A DNA stretch of 64,000 nt, taken from contig JBAYIT010000001.1 of NCBI GenBank assembly GCA_041665485.1, positions 277,156-341,155 of the forward strand, in the 5' to 3' direction. This stretch comes from Candidatus Shapirobacteria bacterium. Lineage in GTDB: Bacteria; Patescibacteriota; Microgenomatia; UBA12405. Of the stretch, positions 1-15,000 are shown piece after piece. The notes under the pieces were generated by a model that was not told where the DNA came from, searched no databases, and saw nothing but the letters and a program-made list of their open reading frames with translations. Each line of letters starts with the position of its first letter. Within the stretch, counting starts at the first letter, position 1. The translations under genes and the position numbers were made by a program.

Positions 1-3000
1 AAGCGACTCCTGATCAGAGAGAGATAGATAGCTATGGAAGAAGACTGGGAGAGTTGGGGGCAATAAAAGAGGCGAGATTGGATTTATCGGCCTTAACTGA
101 AGATCAAAGAATTGCAATTGATTGGGTGCAAAGGGATGTGGAGCATCGAACATCGATTGATGAGGACGGGGTAAGGATATCTCGACAGGCGCAGTCAGAA
201 TTGGTGGCAATTGGTTTGGCCGATGATGCGGTGGCAAAGGAACTGGTAACAGCCGGAGGTAAGACAATGGCAGGAGCGATTATTTTGAGGATTAAAACAG
301 AGGTATTTGGAATAGATACAGGTATATATTTAGCCAAAGAAGGGGCAGAACCTAATATTCAACGAAACTTGAATCGAATGACTAGGTTTGGTGACAAAGT
401 GGTAATACTTGATTCGCAAAAATTGTCTGACCCAGCTTATTTCAAATCATTGATGGAGGCCAAATACGTAGTGGTGTCTAATAATGAATTATCTTTTACT
501 AGGGATCATGTAATGGATGTGGAAAATCCGATGTCCAAACAAGCAAATAGTGTTTGGAAGAAACTGACAAGGAGGGCGGCCGGTTATGCCGATGAGGCGC
601 AAATTACTTTGGATATCAACACTCAAGGAATTATCTCTAAAGGGGAAAGTAGAATTTATTCGGATACAGATATTAAGGTATTGGCGACTAAGAAAGTGGC
701 TCAAGTTTTAAGCGAAGAAAAGATTTTAGTAAAAGGAGATCAAAAAGCTCATGAAGGGAGGTTGGTTACTAGTGTTACACACGAAGGTGAAACACTGAAA
801 ATTTCGAGATTCGACAAGACAACTGAAGAGGCGATTATGACAAATTTAGCCAAACAAAATGAAGTTTCGCCTGATTTTTTCAAGAAAGTAAGACAGAAAA
901 AGACTGAGTTAGATTTGATTTTAAAAAATGGTGGCGGTGAGGTGGAATTGAAATCGGTATTGGGTGAAGGCTTTGATGGGGTGGAGAATTTATCTCAAAG
1001 AGTGGGGGGAGTGCTGGAAGAGCTGTCGATGGTAAGAACTTTTGCTCAAGCCATGGAAACCGAATACACCAGAACGGTTGATACTAAAATTCAGGCGCAA
1101 GGAACGGCTACAGGAGACAGATATGCCAGGGAAGTGTCGGTGCCAACTGGCGGAGGTAAAGCAAACTTTGGCCAAACATATCAGGGTGATATGAATTTGG
1201 CAATGGAGGCGGTAGGAGCAATTCGGGCAGGGGGAACACCAGAGTTTAATGGACTAAAAGGAAGTGAAAACAAAGCCTTTAAGTCGTCAGCGGCTGATTG
1301 GGTGGCAGATTTGCAATTGGATCCGGAAAGCTCAATTGTGGCGGTAACTGGTACTTTGGGCGGAAACAGAGGAGTAGTGGAGACGGTTTTGGGGCTTCGA
1401 GTTCATGCCAATGGTGAGTCAACAATAAAAATAGTGGGTGAGGTTGATACCCCGACGGGTAGATTGGTTAATGAAGATAATTCGATGGCAGCTAAAGACA
1501 ATATTGATAGAAATCAGTTGATCGAAGATGCAGTGACGACAGGGAAATTTGACACCAGTCGGGGTAAAGATTCTAAGGGAAATTTAAAGGTAGCTATGAC
1601 CAATAAAAACGAAGATCCTTTAGAGGTAGCTGTGGCAATTGATAAGGGCCGGAGGCAAAAGGGATTGGAGGAGACAACTTATTTTGTCCAACAAGGAGGA
1701 AGTGATTATTTTGAAATTAAACTGGGAGGTGATGGCACTGTAGTTAGCCGGGTATTGGTTACTGATAAACAAATTCAGGCCAGATATAGTAATGGAGAGG
1801 GCAATTTAGTAACAGTGATTGGCCGAGGCGGAGCAACAGGGGATAGTATTTTAACGCCTGATAGTACGCCATTCTTATTGATTACTGCCAAAGGTGATCC
1901 AACTTATACGGTGGCGCAGGCGGGAGCAAGAGGAAATCGGGGAAGCGGGGACATGGATACGTTGGCGATTGTGGTTGGGGAGGGTAGTGGACGGGCGGGG
2001 GGCAACACTTCGGCAGAAAGATTGGAGGTAGCAAAGCAGGCACTCGATTTTCCGGCTTGGAAAAAAGAAATTGATCTAGCAGAAAAAACCTTAAACAAGG
2101 ACAATATTACTACAGGATTAAATAATGGAGTGGCGGCAGATAGTGCGCGGATGATGTTTGACGCTTTGAGTAATAGTTCTGATGCTGAAGTGAAAGCGTG
2201 GGCATCAAAACAGACGTTGGAAAAATTTAATAAGGCAGAAACAGGAAGGGATCTGACAGATAGTGATGGCTTTACAACTAATTTGGAAAAACGAAACCAA
2301 ATTGCGGTTGAGGAATCGAGGCGATGGAAAGCAATTATGGATGATCCGGATAATCAAACGATATTGGCTAAAGTTAAGGCGGAGTTGCCTAATATTTATG
2401 AAAATATGCGGATAAATGCCCAGGAAGCGGTGGATTATCCTGGTGGCGGTTATTCATATGCCAGTGGAAAAGAGGGAACTAAGGACGCAGTTTTAGTGGC
2501 AAGAAATTTAAGAGAAGCACGAGAAATGCATAATCGAAACATTACAGCGGATTTGGAAAATAAGTACGCAGTAGTGGGGAAAGCGGATAGTAGTACGGTG
2601 GCGGATTCTACGATTAAACCCGGTGATGGCGGGGGTGCCTTGTCGGCGGCGGAAATTGGGAGTGCGAGGGTGTGGGGAGTGGTTGATCCGGCAATACCGG
2701 TGGCGAGTTTAGATCCGGTGGTAGTCCGGGTGGCGGTGGTGGCAAAACAAGCAGAAGCCGAAAAAGAAAGGGCCAATGCTGAAAGATTACGAATAGCTGG
2801 TTCGACAAATGCTCCGACAAGACAGGAAACACTTGATAGATTGAAAGAAGCGATAAAAATTGCTGAAGCGGAGAACGCAGAGTGGGAGAGGTTGTCAGAG
2901 ATTCCGGCATATGGCGATGATGGGAAGGCTATTTGGGAACATTCGGAATACAAGAGGAGAGTTGAGGCAAAAATTGTGGCAGTGAACAAGGAAGCAGCAA

Positions 3001-6000
3001 AGCTGGGGGTGGCGACGGTAGATCCGGTTACGGGCAAACAAAGGCCAATAAAAGATATTAATGATGAAATTGCTCTTAAAAAGGGTACTGGGAGTGTGGG
3101 GATTGGGGAAGATGAAACTAAGAAACAAAATGATAGGGCTAAAGAATTTGGAACAGTAAGACGAAGCGGTGAGGAGAACAAAGAGTTGGAAATCAGACTG
3201 GATGGAATAAAAAGGGAATATGACGCGTTAAAGAGTTTAGGAATTGAAAGGGTAGCAGATACTAGTGGGAAATTACCAGCCTATGGTGTGTTTATGTCCG
3301 GAGCGATTAAGGAACTTGATAAACAGATGGAAAGCTATGGTTTGAGATATAACAGTAGTGATGGGATAGAGAAAAATGTGGAAGATTTGAAGGTGGCAAA
3401 GGCAGAAAAAAGAGACGAGGTAATCAGGTTGGCGGAGACGGCGGGGGTGGAGGGAGTTGATTGGAGTACTTTGACGACGACGGAGATCAAGAGAATGACT
3501 GTTGATAAAATTGCTGGAAATGAAGCAGACATTGTAAGGCAAAAAGCAGAAGCAGAGGCGGAGGCAAGAATTGCAACGATAGTGGGGCAAATTAGAGCCA
3601 TAAAAACAGACTATGTCCGGCCAGACGAATTGGATGAAAATGGGGCGAATGCTGATTTGGCAAAAGTGAAAGAAGAGAGAAGTGAATTGGTGGATCAGAT
3701 AAATGGAATTGATGGTGGTCAGAAGAAGGCAGATTTGGAAAAAATGACGATTGGAGATTTGGAAGCGAGGCTGGCCGATCGACAGGAAAAACTGACAAGT
3801 CTTAAGGCAGAATACAAAAGGCTGGCGGGAGAGGAAACTGGTGTGGGGGAGATACAAAAGTTGACAGGGCAGATAGGGAGTTTAGTGGCGACGAGAACTG
3901 GTTTGGAGACAACAGCCAAAATTAAGGGTATAACAGCGACAGTGACTGACGCTTTGTCAAATCCAGCGATTCAAGAAATGATTAATGATGATAATAATGC
4001 TGAGGCGGAGTTTAGAAATACGAGAAGTGGAGAAGGTTTTATGTGGAGAGATAGGAACAATGGAGAGTTGGAGGGAGATTATGAGTTTGAATGGAATAAG
4101 GAAAAAGAGGCCAAAAGACGGGAATTAAGAGCAGAGATTGCTAGGGTGGCGGGTGGTGAAGTGGCCGGGTTGGAAAATTTGACAGTGAAAGAGTTGGAAG
4201 TAAGGTTGAAACAGGAAGAACTGGTGGCGACAAGTCGGGCAAATTTGGTTCAACTGCAGGCAACATGGAGCGGTCTTGTGCCAGAGGCGGCTAGGTATGG
4301 ACGGGAACACGGAATAAGTCCTGACCAGACGGAAAACTCGTACAGAACGGCGATAACTGGTTTAAGGAACTGGATAGCAGAAGCAGAGAGGACGAGGCAA
4401 ACAACTTTAGGGAAAATTAGAGATTTGGATGGGGTGGTGGCAGTGGCAAATACAAACACAACTAATTTGGGTGTTTTGGATGAGGTTTTGACAACGGTGA
4501 AGAAAAATAATACTGATTTGATTGCTTTAGATAATGAGATTAAAAAATATTTGGGAGCGGATTATAAAACGGATAGAAGTCAGGGTTTAGTTAAGGCTTT
4601 GGAAGTGGCAGAAGCAAAACTGGCTGAAGTAAAAAGACAATGGAATGATTTGTGGACTCAAATTGATGAGATTCGTGGTGTGAGGACCAGTGACAAGGTT
4701 CGATTGGGCCAGAAAAATTTAACAACTTTGGGGAGGGTAAAAGAGTTGGCGAATACAAGAGCGTTACGGGCGAGTGAGGCAGAACAACAGAGGCAGGTAG
4801 AGGAAGTGACGAGGAATGAAACAAGAAGAGTTGCCTTGGTGGTGGAAGTAAGGAATATTTGGGGAGATGTGAGTTTGGAGCCGGATGGGTTAGAAAAGAT
4901 GACCATTGTTCAAGTGGGATTAGAGAAGGCTAAAGCCAATCAGGCCTTGGTACAGGCCAGGCAGGAGGCGACAAAAAATGGGGCGACGCCGACGGAGTTG
5001 GCTGGGGCGAAAAATATAAAAGCAATGAGGGATTTGGTGGCGAAAAAGGTGGAGGAGGCTACAATATTGGCGGATGAACAACGAAGGCAAGCCGAGGAAG
5101 TAGCAAGACAGGCTAAAGCTGAAGCAGATAGAAAAGCGGAGGAGGCTAGAGTGGTGGAAGAACAAAGATTAGCCAAAATTGCGGCGGATAAGCAATTAGT
5201 GGACCGGGTAATGGCGGAGGTAAATGGAATAGTGGTGACAACTGGTTCGAACCAGGATGAGACAAAAGAAGCCTTACAAGCGGCAGTAAATCGGTTGGTT
5301 GGAATTGATACTATAACTGCAAAAGGGGCAAATGATTTAATTAATCAAAAGAAAGCTTTGATAAAGAAAGTTGAAGAATATTATGAAGGTCAAGATGTAA
5401 ATGATGCACTGGTGACGGGAGTGGCAAGGGTGTTGGGGGTTGCTCAAGTTAACAATTGGAATACAAAACTGGGAGCTTTGCAAAACTATGTTGATGAACA
5501 GATGTTTAGTAATCCAACTTTCTGGCCGGATGTTGGCGAAGAAGTGGTGGTGCAAAAAATTGGTGAAAAATTGAAAGAATTGCTTGGCACTAGTGATCAG
5601 GTAATGGCAACAGAGATTAAAAATAGATGGAATACTAAATTAGTCGCGGAGAGAAGTCGTCGTGAAGAAATCAGAAGGGAAAACGAATTGTTTGCTCATA
5701 AGCAACAATATTTCTCTGGAGAAAAGGCAATTCCAAATTTAACAGACAAGGAAAAAGAATCGATCATGGATGCGGTGGATAGGAATGCGGTGGATACAAT
5801 AGTGGCGAGATTAAGGGTAGAGAAAGAATTGAAAAAAGCAATTGGAGAGGTGGTATCGAGAACCGGAGTAAATGGGGATTTGAAGGGACATTTGACTGAA
5901 GCGGATGTAAGGAAAGCAGAAAATATTGAGGCACTTAACCAAATGGTGGCGAAGGCAGAGGTAGCAAAAGGTTTGGCGGTGGCGGAGAGAGTGGCAGGAG

Positions 6001-9000
6001 GGGAATGGGCAGGGGAAAGGGGGAAATGGTTGAATATAACTAAAGGAAGGAATGAACTGGATATTGATTATATTAAAAAGGTAGAAAAAGCTGAAAGGAG
6101 GGTGGTTGTGGAGCAAGCCAACAAGATTTTGGCCGGATTGAATTCAGAGATGGCTAGGGAATTGGAAAGATACGTTGTGGAAAGAAAATCTATTCTTGAA
6201 AAAATGACAGCTGAAGGAGTTACTGTGGCAATTGGTGAGCATTTAGCTCAATACGCGCAGAGATGGTATTACCGAGATACTCCTGGATCTATATATCAGA
6301 CGGTGATAAAAAATATGAGAGACACCCCGGGAGAATTAGGCAATGTGTATGCCCTTTCGGTTGAGAGGGTGGTTGGGTCTCAACAACAAGCAATGATTGA
6401 CAACCAGCTGGCAAGGCTGAAAACAACTGTCGGAAAAGGGGTTGCGGCTAAAAGAGTGGCTTTGGGAGATGTTCATAGTGATGTGGAACAGCTTGCTCGT
6501 ATTCTTAGAGGTGAAGTCAACGTGGGAGCAGATTTTAAACCAGTGTTAGATAAAAGTAATAATTGGATCGGAGGAAAGACAGTTATTAGACTGACGGGAG
6601 ATTTGATTGATAAGTTACCGCCGGGGATGACAGGGATACAAGTTTTGCAGACAATTAGAAATTGGCAGAAACAGGCGAGAGATGCCGGGGGTGACATAAT
6701 CATTACCTTGGGGAACCATGATATTCATACAATTGCTATGGCAAATGGTGTATTGGAAGAACCGATGATTACCAGTGGTGTTGATATACATTTAATTTTG
6801 GAATTAAGGAAACCAGAATATGGAGACCTTTTAAATTGGTTTACCCAATTACCCTTGATAACTAAAAGTGAGGAGAGCGGAAACATTTACATACATTCAG
6901 ATACGGTGGCCTATTTGGAATATGGTGACACAATTGAGGAGATAGATCAAAACATCAGATCGATATTGACTACCGGCCGGGGATTGCCGGGAAAAATAGC
7001 ACCAACAAGTTATTTGCGTACCGATCCTGCAACCAAGGAAAGAAGTTGGGTGAGGGGGGTTTCTCCAATTGAAGCTTTAATGCACAATTTGACGGGCCGA
7101 AGGGGTGAATTTAAGGATCCAAATAATGTGACGAGATTTTTAACGATATTAGATGGTAAGGGAATAATCCATGGCCATAATCCTGGGGTTAGTTATGATG
7201 ATCCGAGGGTGATAAATGTTGATGCTGGGATGTCTTTGGGTATGTATAAACCAGGGGATGACCCAGGATTACAGAGAGGGCGAGCGATAGTATCAACAAT
7301 TTTGCCGGGTGGTGAGTTGAAGATAGATATCGAGAGAAGATTTGCCCAAGTTAAGATTTCGGATAAAGACTTGCCTGATGTGGCTGATTTGTGGCTAATT
7401 AAACCTACTTTAAGGCCGGAGAAAAACATTATTTTAGGGAGAAACGAAGGAGTAGATTTACCAGTAAATGATAGTAGAGTTTCTAGCAAACACGCGAGAC
7501 TAAGTCGTGATCTGGCTGGTTTCTGGTGGATTGAAGATAACTCTTCGACTAACGGGGTAGCAGTTTGGGAGGGGAAGTATTGGCGTGAATTAAAAAACAT
7601 TGACCCAGTGGCAAGAAACACTGGTTTAAGAGACAGGTCGAGGTTGGTTGATGGGTCGATAATATCGCTAAACAGAGATACGAATTTGTCGTTGTGGTTT
7701 CGGGTAAAAGTAGATGGTAATGGAGAAATTAGTTTGGAGCCTTACTCGAGTCAGCCACAACAGCCAGGTTTAGGTGTTGAGGCACCGGCAAAAACTAGTC
7801 AACAGGATGGGGATGTAGCAAAGAGTAATCTTTTGCAAGTGATGGCCCAAAATGCAGGGATAGAAGTTGGTTCGGTTGTTGAAAAAATGAACAATATGGC
7901 AAATGAAGCTCGTAGTGGTGGCTTCAAAAATTTGCCATCAAACTTAAATAATCAGAGCAACATAATCGAGATTGTTAATATGAATGCGGCCTTGGTGGTT
8001 TACTTTAAAGCTGATTATAGATCAAGAGCGGGTGTGGATTTAACTAAGCCGGTAGTTGTCGGGGCAACGGCGAATTGTTTTGATTGGCAAAAGGCTTATG
8101 TGATGGCCATTTCGGAAATTGGCAAACCAGCAAGTCAGCCAAGTGTGGCGCCGTCGGCAGCGCCGTCGGTAGCGCCAGCGCCGATAATTGTGCCACCGGC
8201 AGGAGATACTGGAGTTGTGTTGGGGGTTGATAGTAAAGGGAGAGAGGTGAGAATAAAGACGGTAAATGGGAAAGAGGAGGTAGTTGTTGAAAATTTGATT
8301 ATTAAACATAATTCAATTGGTACTGTTTTAGGAAATGGGACAAAATATGAGAAGTCGGTGGCTGGAGAACCAGGTGATGTGGTGGCGGTGAACGGAAAAG
8401 GGGAAAATCAGATTAGAGTTAGTTTTAGTAAAGACGGCAAGGTGGTGCAAGTAAAGGTGGGTGGGATAGTGGTGGAGAAAAAAGAGGCCAATGAGGCAAT
8501 TACTGTGGCTGATTTGGTAGTGAGAGAAGTAACTTTGAATACGGCGGCTGATCAAAGTGGAGTTAAAAAGGCAGTGACTAGGGCAAAAGCAGAATTAGAT
8601 AAAATTGATCCAAAAATAGCTAGTGAAGTGGAAAGTAAGCTGGGACCAATTAGAACCAGAATAGTAGAAATAGAGAATCATGTGGCAAGAGTGGAAGGGT
8701 ATTATGCGGGTAAGTCGAACATTGTGGTGGCAGAACAGGTGGCGAGGGTTTTGGGGGTGGTGGGAATGGATAAGGGAGATGATGTTTATGCGGTGGTGGA
8801 CGGATTATGGGGAGGGATAGAAATGGTACGAATTGAGGATGTGTCAACTGACACAAGCATAATTGCAAATATAAGAGGAGAGATAATGTCGAGGAGGTTA
8901 GGGATTAGTGATTCTCAAATTGTTGAACTGGCTAAATTTATCGCCGGAAATTGGACGACTCAAGTGGCGGCGGAGAGGGTAAGAAGAGCAGATTTAACAA

Positions 9001-12000
9001 AGGCTAAAACAGAATACTGGAGGGCGGAATCGGCTAAGTCAAATTTAGCGGCGGCGGCATTATATGAACTGGGGGGAGGGAGTTATGCGGTCAATTTGAC
9101 AAGCCGTTATCAAACACTAGACCAATTTAAAATTGCCGTGGAGGAGCAATTGCGAATTGCCAATTATCTGGTGGATGGTTATAAAACAGCAAATCCAGAA
9201 ATAACTGATGAGGATATTGAGTCGGCCTTTACTGGTTTTGGCACCAGTGGTTCAACCGCTTTTGCTTTTAAAAGTGTGATGAATGGTGTTGACGAAAGAG
9301 CAAAGGCGAGGGTGGCAGAGGCAAGAGTTAAAGCTTTACCAATAGAAGGGTTTTTGACAGTAGAAGAGGTTACGGCTAAAAAGACAGTTAAAGAGATAGA
9401 TGATTTGGTGGAGGAAAAAGGGCGCGAAAGAGATAGTTATATCGCAAAACAAAAAGAGGAGTTAAGGCAGGTGGCGCCATTAACTCAGGATGAAGAAAAG
9501 GCGATTGATGGGGCGAGTGGGAAAACAGCCATTGATAGAGAATTAGTTAAAATAAAGCAAGCAATAGCGACGAGGGTTTTGATTGAAGATCAGAAAAAGA
9601 ATCCGTTAGTAAAAGTGGGGAATGGTTATAAAAATAATAGTGGTAGGAGCATTAAATATCACACTACTGATAATCAAAAGACTTGGACGTGGGTAGCGGG
9701 ACAGGTAATTCCCGAAGAAACTTTAAAAAATAAAATAGTGGAAGTGGATGATGACCGAGTAATCTGGGTAAATGGTCAGGGAGTGGTGACTACCTACACG
9801 ATTGCTCTGACAAATGCCGATTACAAGCCATTGCAGGCAAAATTTTTAGATAAAAAGGGGAATGTAATAAAAGACAAGGATGGCAAGGTGGACTTGGATT
9901 CGAGTAAAGTGGAAGGGGTAGAGTCATATGAGGTGAAAGGTTCAGATGGGACAATAACAGTATTTCATGTAGCGAATGCTAAGTTTCCACAAGGCGTAAA
10001 GTCAAAAAGAGAATTGGTGGCTAATATGGCTTGGGTGGTTAGCCGGACAAGAGAAGTTATCGGGAATCAGGCAAAAGATGTCTCTAATGAGGTGTTGTTA
10101 GTGCCTCAAGAAGCAACGAGTTTTGGAGGAATGGCGCCAGGAGTGAAGAGTGAAGATGTTAATTCGGTAATGGTGGTTGTTTATGATTTGGTTAAGACGC
10201 AATCAGTTCTGGCTCATGAATTGGGGCATGAACATTTTGGTAGTTCTCCAGTAACCGATATTAGTGAGGGGGTGGCAATTAATGTGTCGATGGAAGCAAT
10301 TGGAGGCGGTGTTGATCAGGAACGGATGGATGGAATTTTAGATCAGCCGTTTGATGTGAAGGGGGAGGGAGAGGGAATAATAACTTCGACTGGTTTGGCT
10401 ACTTTGGATAAAGCCACAGAGAAGGATAGATGGCTTTATACTTATAAAAGTGGAACGTTTTTGATTAGGTCCTTGATTGAGGTGGTAGGAGATAGAAGTA
10501 AAGCTTGGGAAATGGTGGGTCGATTAATGGAGGCTGGCCGAAAGAAGTTTTATTGGAGTGAAGGATTGGTGGTCACGAGAATTTCTGGGGGAGCAACAGT
10601 TGATTATGCCACGGCAATAGATGAATTGTTGGTTGACGTAGGATTTAATGCAGAGCAGAGAACAGCAGTTTACGAAAAACAGAGTACGTATTTATACTTG
10701 GGTAATAAAGCTCAAATTAAATACGAAGAGTCCGAGGTGACCAAAAAAATTGGAACAAAACCAGGAAATGGAGGTTATGTGATCAGAGGAATGTTTTTAG
10801 CCAAAGAACACGTTGAAATGGTTAGAACTAGGAGGGGAGGATTGTTGTTGATATCGAATAAGTCGAAGATGGGGACACGTGTTTTTAGGGAAGGGCAATG
10901 GCAGGAAGTTCGGGTGGGAGGCGATCCGACAGAGTTAAGGGAAGGGGATGTGGTAAAACTGGGATCAATTGGAAGTTCGGTGTATTTTAAGGTGGTAGAT
11001 CTTTATGGTCGATTGGACCTAAAAGAAATTGAGGCATATGGGGTGAAGGGGAAAGAAAAAAATAAAGAGGAAAGAGTTTTGGGGGAAGATCCAGTGGTTA
11101 CAGAATATAGGCGAAAGTTATGGGATAATTATAGATATGAGGACCCCCATGAATGGAGACTAGGTATCTTGAGGACGGCGATGAACACGAGAATTAGTGA
11201 TGTGACGAGAATGAGGGCACGGGCGGCCAAATATGGAGTGGAAAACGATATTAGTTGGGCTGGTAGAACGACGGAAGAAATGAGGGCGGATTTGGAAGCA
11301 AAAGTTGGGCCAATGGTGGTAGCATTAAACGCTCGGGCGAAGGCGGTGGGATTGGTGGATATTAAAGATGAAGAGACAGTTGAAGATTTTGTAAAAAATA
11401 TTAGTGAAATTGAACGTTATATCGGTCTGTATAAATTATTGAATAAGGGGTCTGCCGACGGATTGAATTTTGGAGTTGAGGGATTTCAACAATTATCCAC
11501 GAGGCTAAAAGCTAAGATATGGGAGTTGGCTCGACAAAGAGGGGTGGCTTCAAATAAATTTGTCACTTTTTCAATAGCGACAGCCAAAGAGATGTTAAAT
11601 AGAATTGATGTGCTTAATGCCAGGGCGGAAAAAGTAGGATTAGCTCCGAAATCTTCGGATGTTAGTGAGATTGGTTATTTTTATGATTTGGAGAGAACAG
11701 AGTCGTTAATAAAGTTGTTGAAGTTTATGGGGAAGACTGATATTGGTGTTGGTAAATTGATGGAATCTGGTGAATTATACGAGAGACTGATTGGTTTACT
11801 TGAGGAGAGGGCAAAAGAATTAGGTTTGACTGACCTTGGTGACGTTTCGGATGAGAACAAAGTTTCAATGGTCAGGGATAGATTAAATGCCGGTTGGGTG
11901 GAGAAGGCCCAGAAAGAGGGTTTGACAGTGACGGTGGCGACAGGCGATTGGCCGGTGGATATGGAAAGAAAATATGAAAGTGCTAAGGAGCAATTTTTAA

Positions 12001-15000
12001 TAGCCGAGTATGGTGGTTTGGCAGTGGCTAGACCCAGGGGTGATGATACTTTTTTGGTTTGGGAAAGTTGGTTACGTAAGGCTAAGTCCGACAACAATAG
12101 GAAAATTGAGATGGCGGTTTTGGAGGGATTGAATGTTGGTGGTTTAACAAGTACTATGACGGAGTCTGAGTTAGTGGCCAAAATAAGTGAATTAAGGAGA
12201 AGAGCCAAAGAAGAATATTTGGGGAGAATTACGGACCGGGTTCGATTGGTGGGAGTGGCTGGTACTTCGTGGATTATTTTAGAAAAAGATACTCAAAGTT
12301 TAGAACAATTTAAGAAAGATGTTGATTCAGCGGGGGATCTCGCGGTTAGTTTAGTAGAACAGGCAAAAGAAGAAGTGCCGGAGATGAAACAAACAGATAT
12401 TGATGCCGAATTTGCTACGAGCAAAACTGGCACGGTGAATGGGAGATTAGTGGAGGCAAAATTAGTGGCAACCAGAAGATTAAATTTAGCAAAACAACCA
12501 GTCGTGGTTAGAACGATGACAGGTGGGGATTTGGAGGGATTTTTGACGACGACAGAAATAGAGGCCAAAAAGACAGTAAAAGAAATAAATGACTTAGTGG
12601 CGGAAAAAGGACGAGAAAGAGATAATTATAAAGTTAAACAAAAAGATGGGTTGGATTCGGGTGGAAAAGCAGTGATTGATAAGGCGAAAGGAAAAACAGC
12701 AATTGATAAGGCAGTGGCAGACATTAATCAGGAGAGAGTAAATTTGGAAGCTAGGGCTAAGGTGGTGGGAATGACGGTCACTAAACAGCAGTCTGGTGAA
12801 CAATTGGGAAGATTAATAAAGGCATTGGAGGAGGCAAATTCAATGATGGTAGATGCTAATAATTTAGCAGAAGCGAAGAAGTTATTGGCTAAATTAAATG
12901 CCGAGCCGGCATATAAAGGATCGCCGGTTATAGCAGAATTGGAAGGGAAAATTGGGGTGGTGGCGCTTCGGTCGGCTTTACCGAATGGACAAAGGCCGGA
13001 GGATTTGACGGTAAAAAATAAATTATTGCCGGAATATCAGGTGGCGTTGGAGGAAATGTATCAAGGGGTGCCGGATGGCTTTAAAAAACAAGCGAAATTG
13101 GCGGCCTATTATTTCCAGTCTTTAGATACTGGGGAGAAATTGGTGACAGCTCAGGGGTATGACTTGACTCCATACCGAGATCGATTTTTAGAGGCGTTTT
13201 CCCACACGGGTTTTGCCAATGTTGTTCAGCCTGGCTCGAAGATGTATGATGTGGCTCCGGCTGAGGCGTACCCAATTTGGCTACAGGAAAAGCAGGTGGC
13301 GATTAGAGAGGAGAGGAGAGTGGCTAGTGAAGGTTGGGATTATTCGAAAGTGGAAACATTTGTAAATCAATATTTAAGAAATTATGGTAAGTTGGATAGC
13401 TCAAGCGGGCAGGATTACTACTTTTTTGATAGCAGCCGTGGGGCAAAAGAGGTGGAAAAACCGTTGACCTACAACAATAAGATGTATATCGAAAATGGGC
13501 AGTTGATGGATTTGGACAAGTTAGGTGAATTTTTTGATCAACTAAAAATACTTGGTATACATCCCAATGAAATGAAGTCTTTTGAAGATGGAAGTAGCTT
13601 GGTGTTGTATTGGTCAGGCGGACTACTTGATAGCGAAGTTAAAATGATCCAAGATGTGTTGGCGAAGGTTGGTCTTAAGGCTAGGGGCCCGGCTCAAGAT
13701 CCAATACGCTTAGTCGTTGGTAAAGATGGTAAGTTGGGGATGACGGTTTTTGGTTCAAATGATGCAAGTTTAGGTGATGCGGGGAGAAATCCTTTTATTT
13801 GGAGTGATAAATATAACGAAGGAGAGTTTTTCAAGCAGTGGTTAAGGTTGACTTATTATGGGCAGAAGAATCCGGCTGATCCGTATCGAATGTCGTTTAT
13901 TAGAGCAGAGGTAGATAAAGCTAAATTAGCTGATGCGGAGTTAGAAAAAAAATTAAGAGAGGTGGATACAGCTGGGTTGCCGATCGTGATTAGTAGTAAC
14001 TTTGGCCCGAGTAGTAGTGAGTATCTGTTTGGAACAAGTTTTGGGAATAGCCAGGGAAAGATAATTTATAAAGCTGAAAGTAATGTTGATTTAGCCGAAG
14101 CTCAACAAGCCCAAGAGCAAAGTAAGAAACAACAACAAGCCGTAGGAGGGTTTTTTGGAGTGGCTGAAAGTACGTTTCGTTCGCTGGGTGATGATTTCGG
14201 AAGATGGAATGTGGCAAATCAAGCGGTAGGTTGGTATAACATGGCAAAAGTGGTGGAAGTTTATAATGCCATGGCGGAGGCTGAAGGAATAACAGATTTT
14301 AGTCAGGTAGTTGATGCTGATGATTCACTGAGAGAATTTTTAAGACAGAAGTTATTGGTAAAGAATTTAAGTTTAGAAGATGGGCAAATGAATGGTTTGG
14401 TGGAGTATTTGGAGGAGAAATTGAAGGGGGGGGTGGAGGAGGAGATAAGAGGGAGGAAAACAGAAAGGCGGTTACCTGCTGGTGTTAATTTATTATTTGT
14501 CCAGGACGATGTTGATTTAGGGGTTAACGAAGATGAAAATATCGTTTACTTGATTTCTGGGGAGAGTGTAAAAACGGTTGACTTGTCACAAATTCCAGAC
14601 CTTTTTTACTTTGATGAGACCCAACAAAATCACGTTCCTAAAGAGGCAACCATTGACCAAGATGGTTGGGAATTGCGGGGAATGTCTCCCTATGATGTGG
14701 AAATTAAAAAGGGTGCAGTTAAAATTTTTGTTAAATTTGGGCGAAGGATGCAATATGACAAAATTATGTGGCTACGGATGTACGTGTCAGATGGATTGGT
14801 GTTTGAATGGGTGAAGTTGGGTGATAATCCGCAGTTGACAGGTTATTTGTTAGAGGGTCAGTATTTAAGTGGAGACAGTCGAGGTGATGATTTGGCATAT
14901 ATTGAACAATTGCGGAGGCTTAGAAACTTGGCGATCAGAGTGCTTGGTAGTGATGTTTCGGGGGATGGTTTGAGACGTTTTTATGTTGTCGAAACTTTGC

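Noticed and set aside
34-56. ATG at 34-36 or TTG at 54 as the true start of the giant gene
   Set aside because: ATG 34 is in a different frame. TTG 54 is only the first start-like codon in a frame that is open back to nt 3, so the real start is probably upstream of the window.
9500-9530. Possible P-loop (DGASGKT) in the giant protein
   Set aside because: Spacing does not fit GxxxxGK[ST], and the surrounding sequence is coiled-coil.
2450-12208. Numerous minus-strand ORFs (e.g. 2450..3181, 3273..3857, 11681..12208) and short plus-strand ORFs inside the giant gene
   Set aside because: They are antisense or out-of-frame shadows of a continuous 29.6-kb coding frame with recognisable domains. They are low-complexity (Ser/Pro/Leu-rich) with no motifs.
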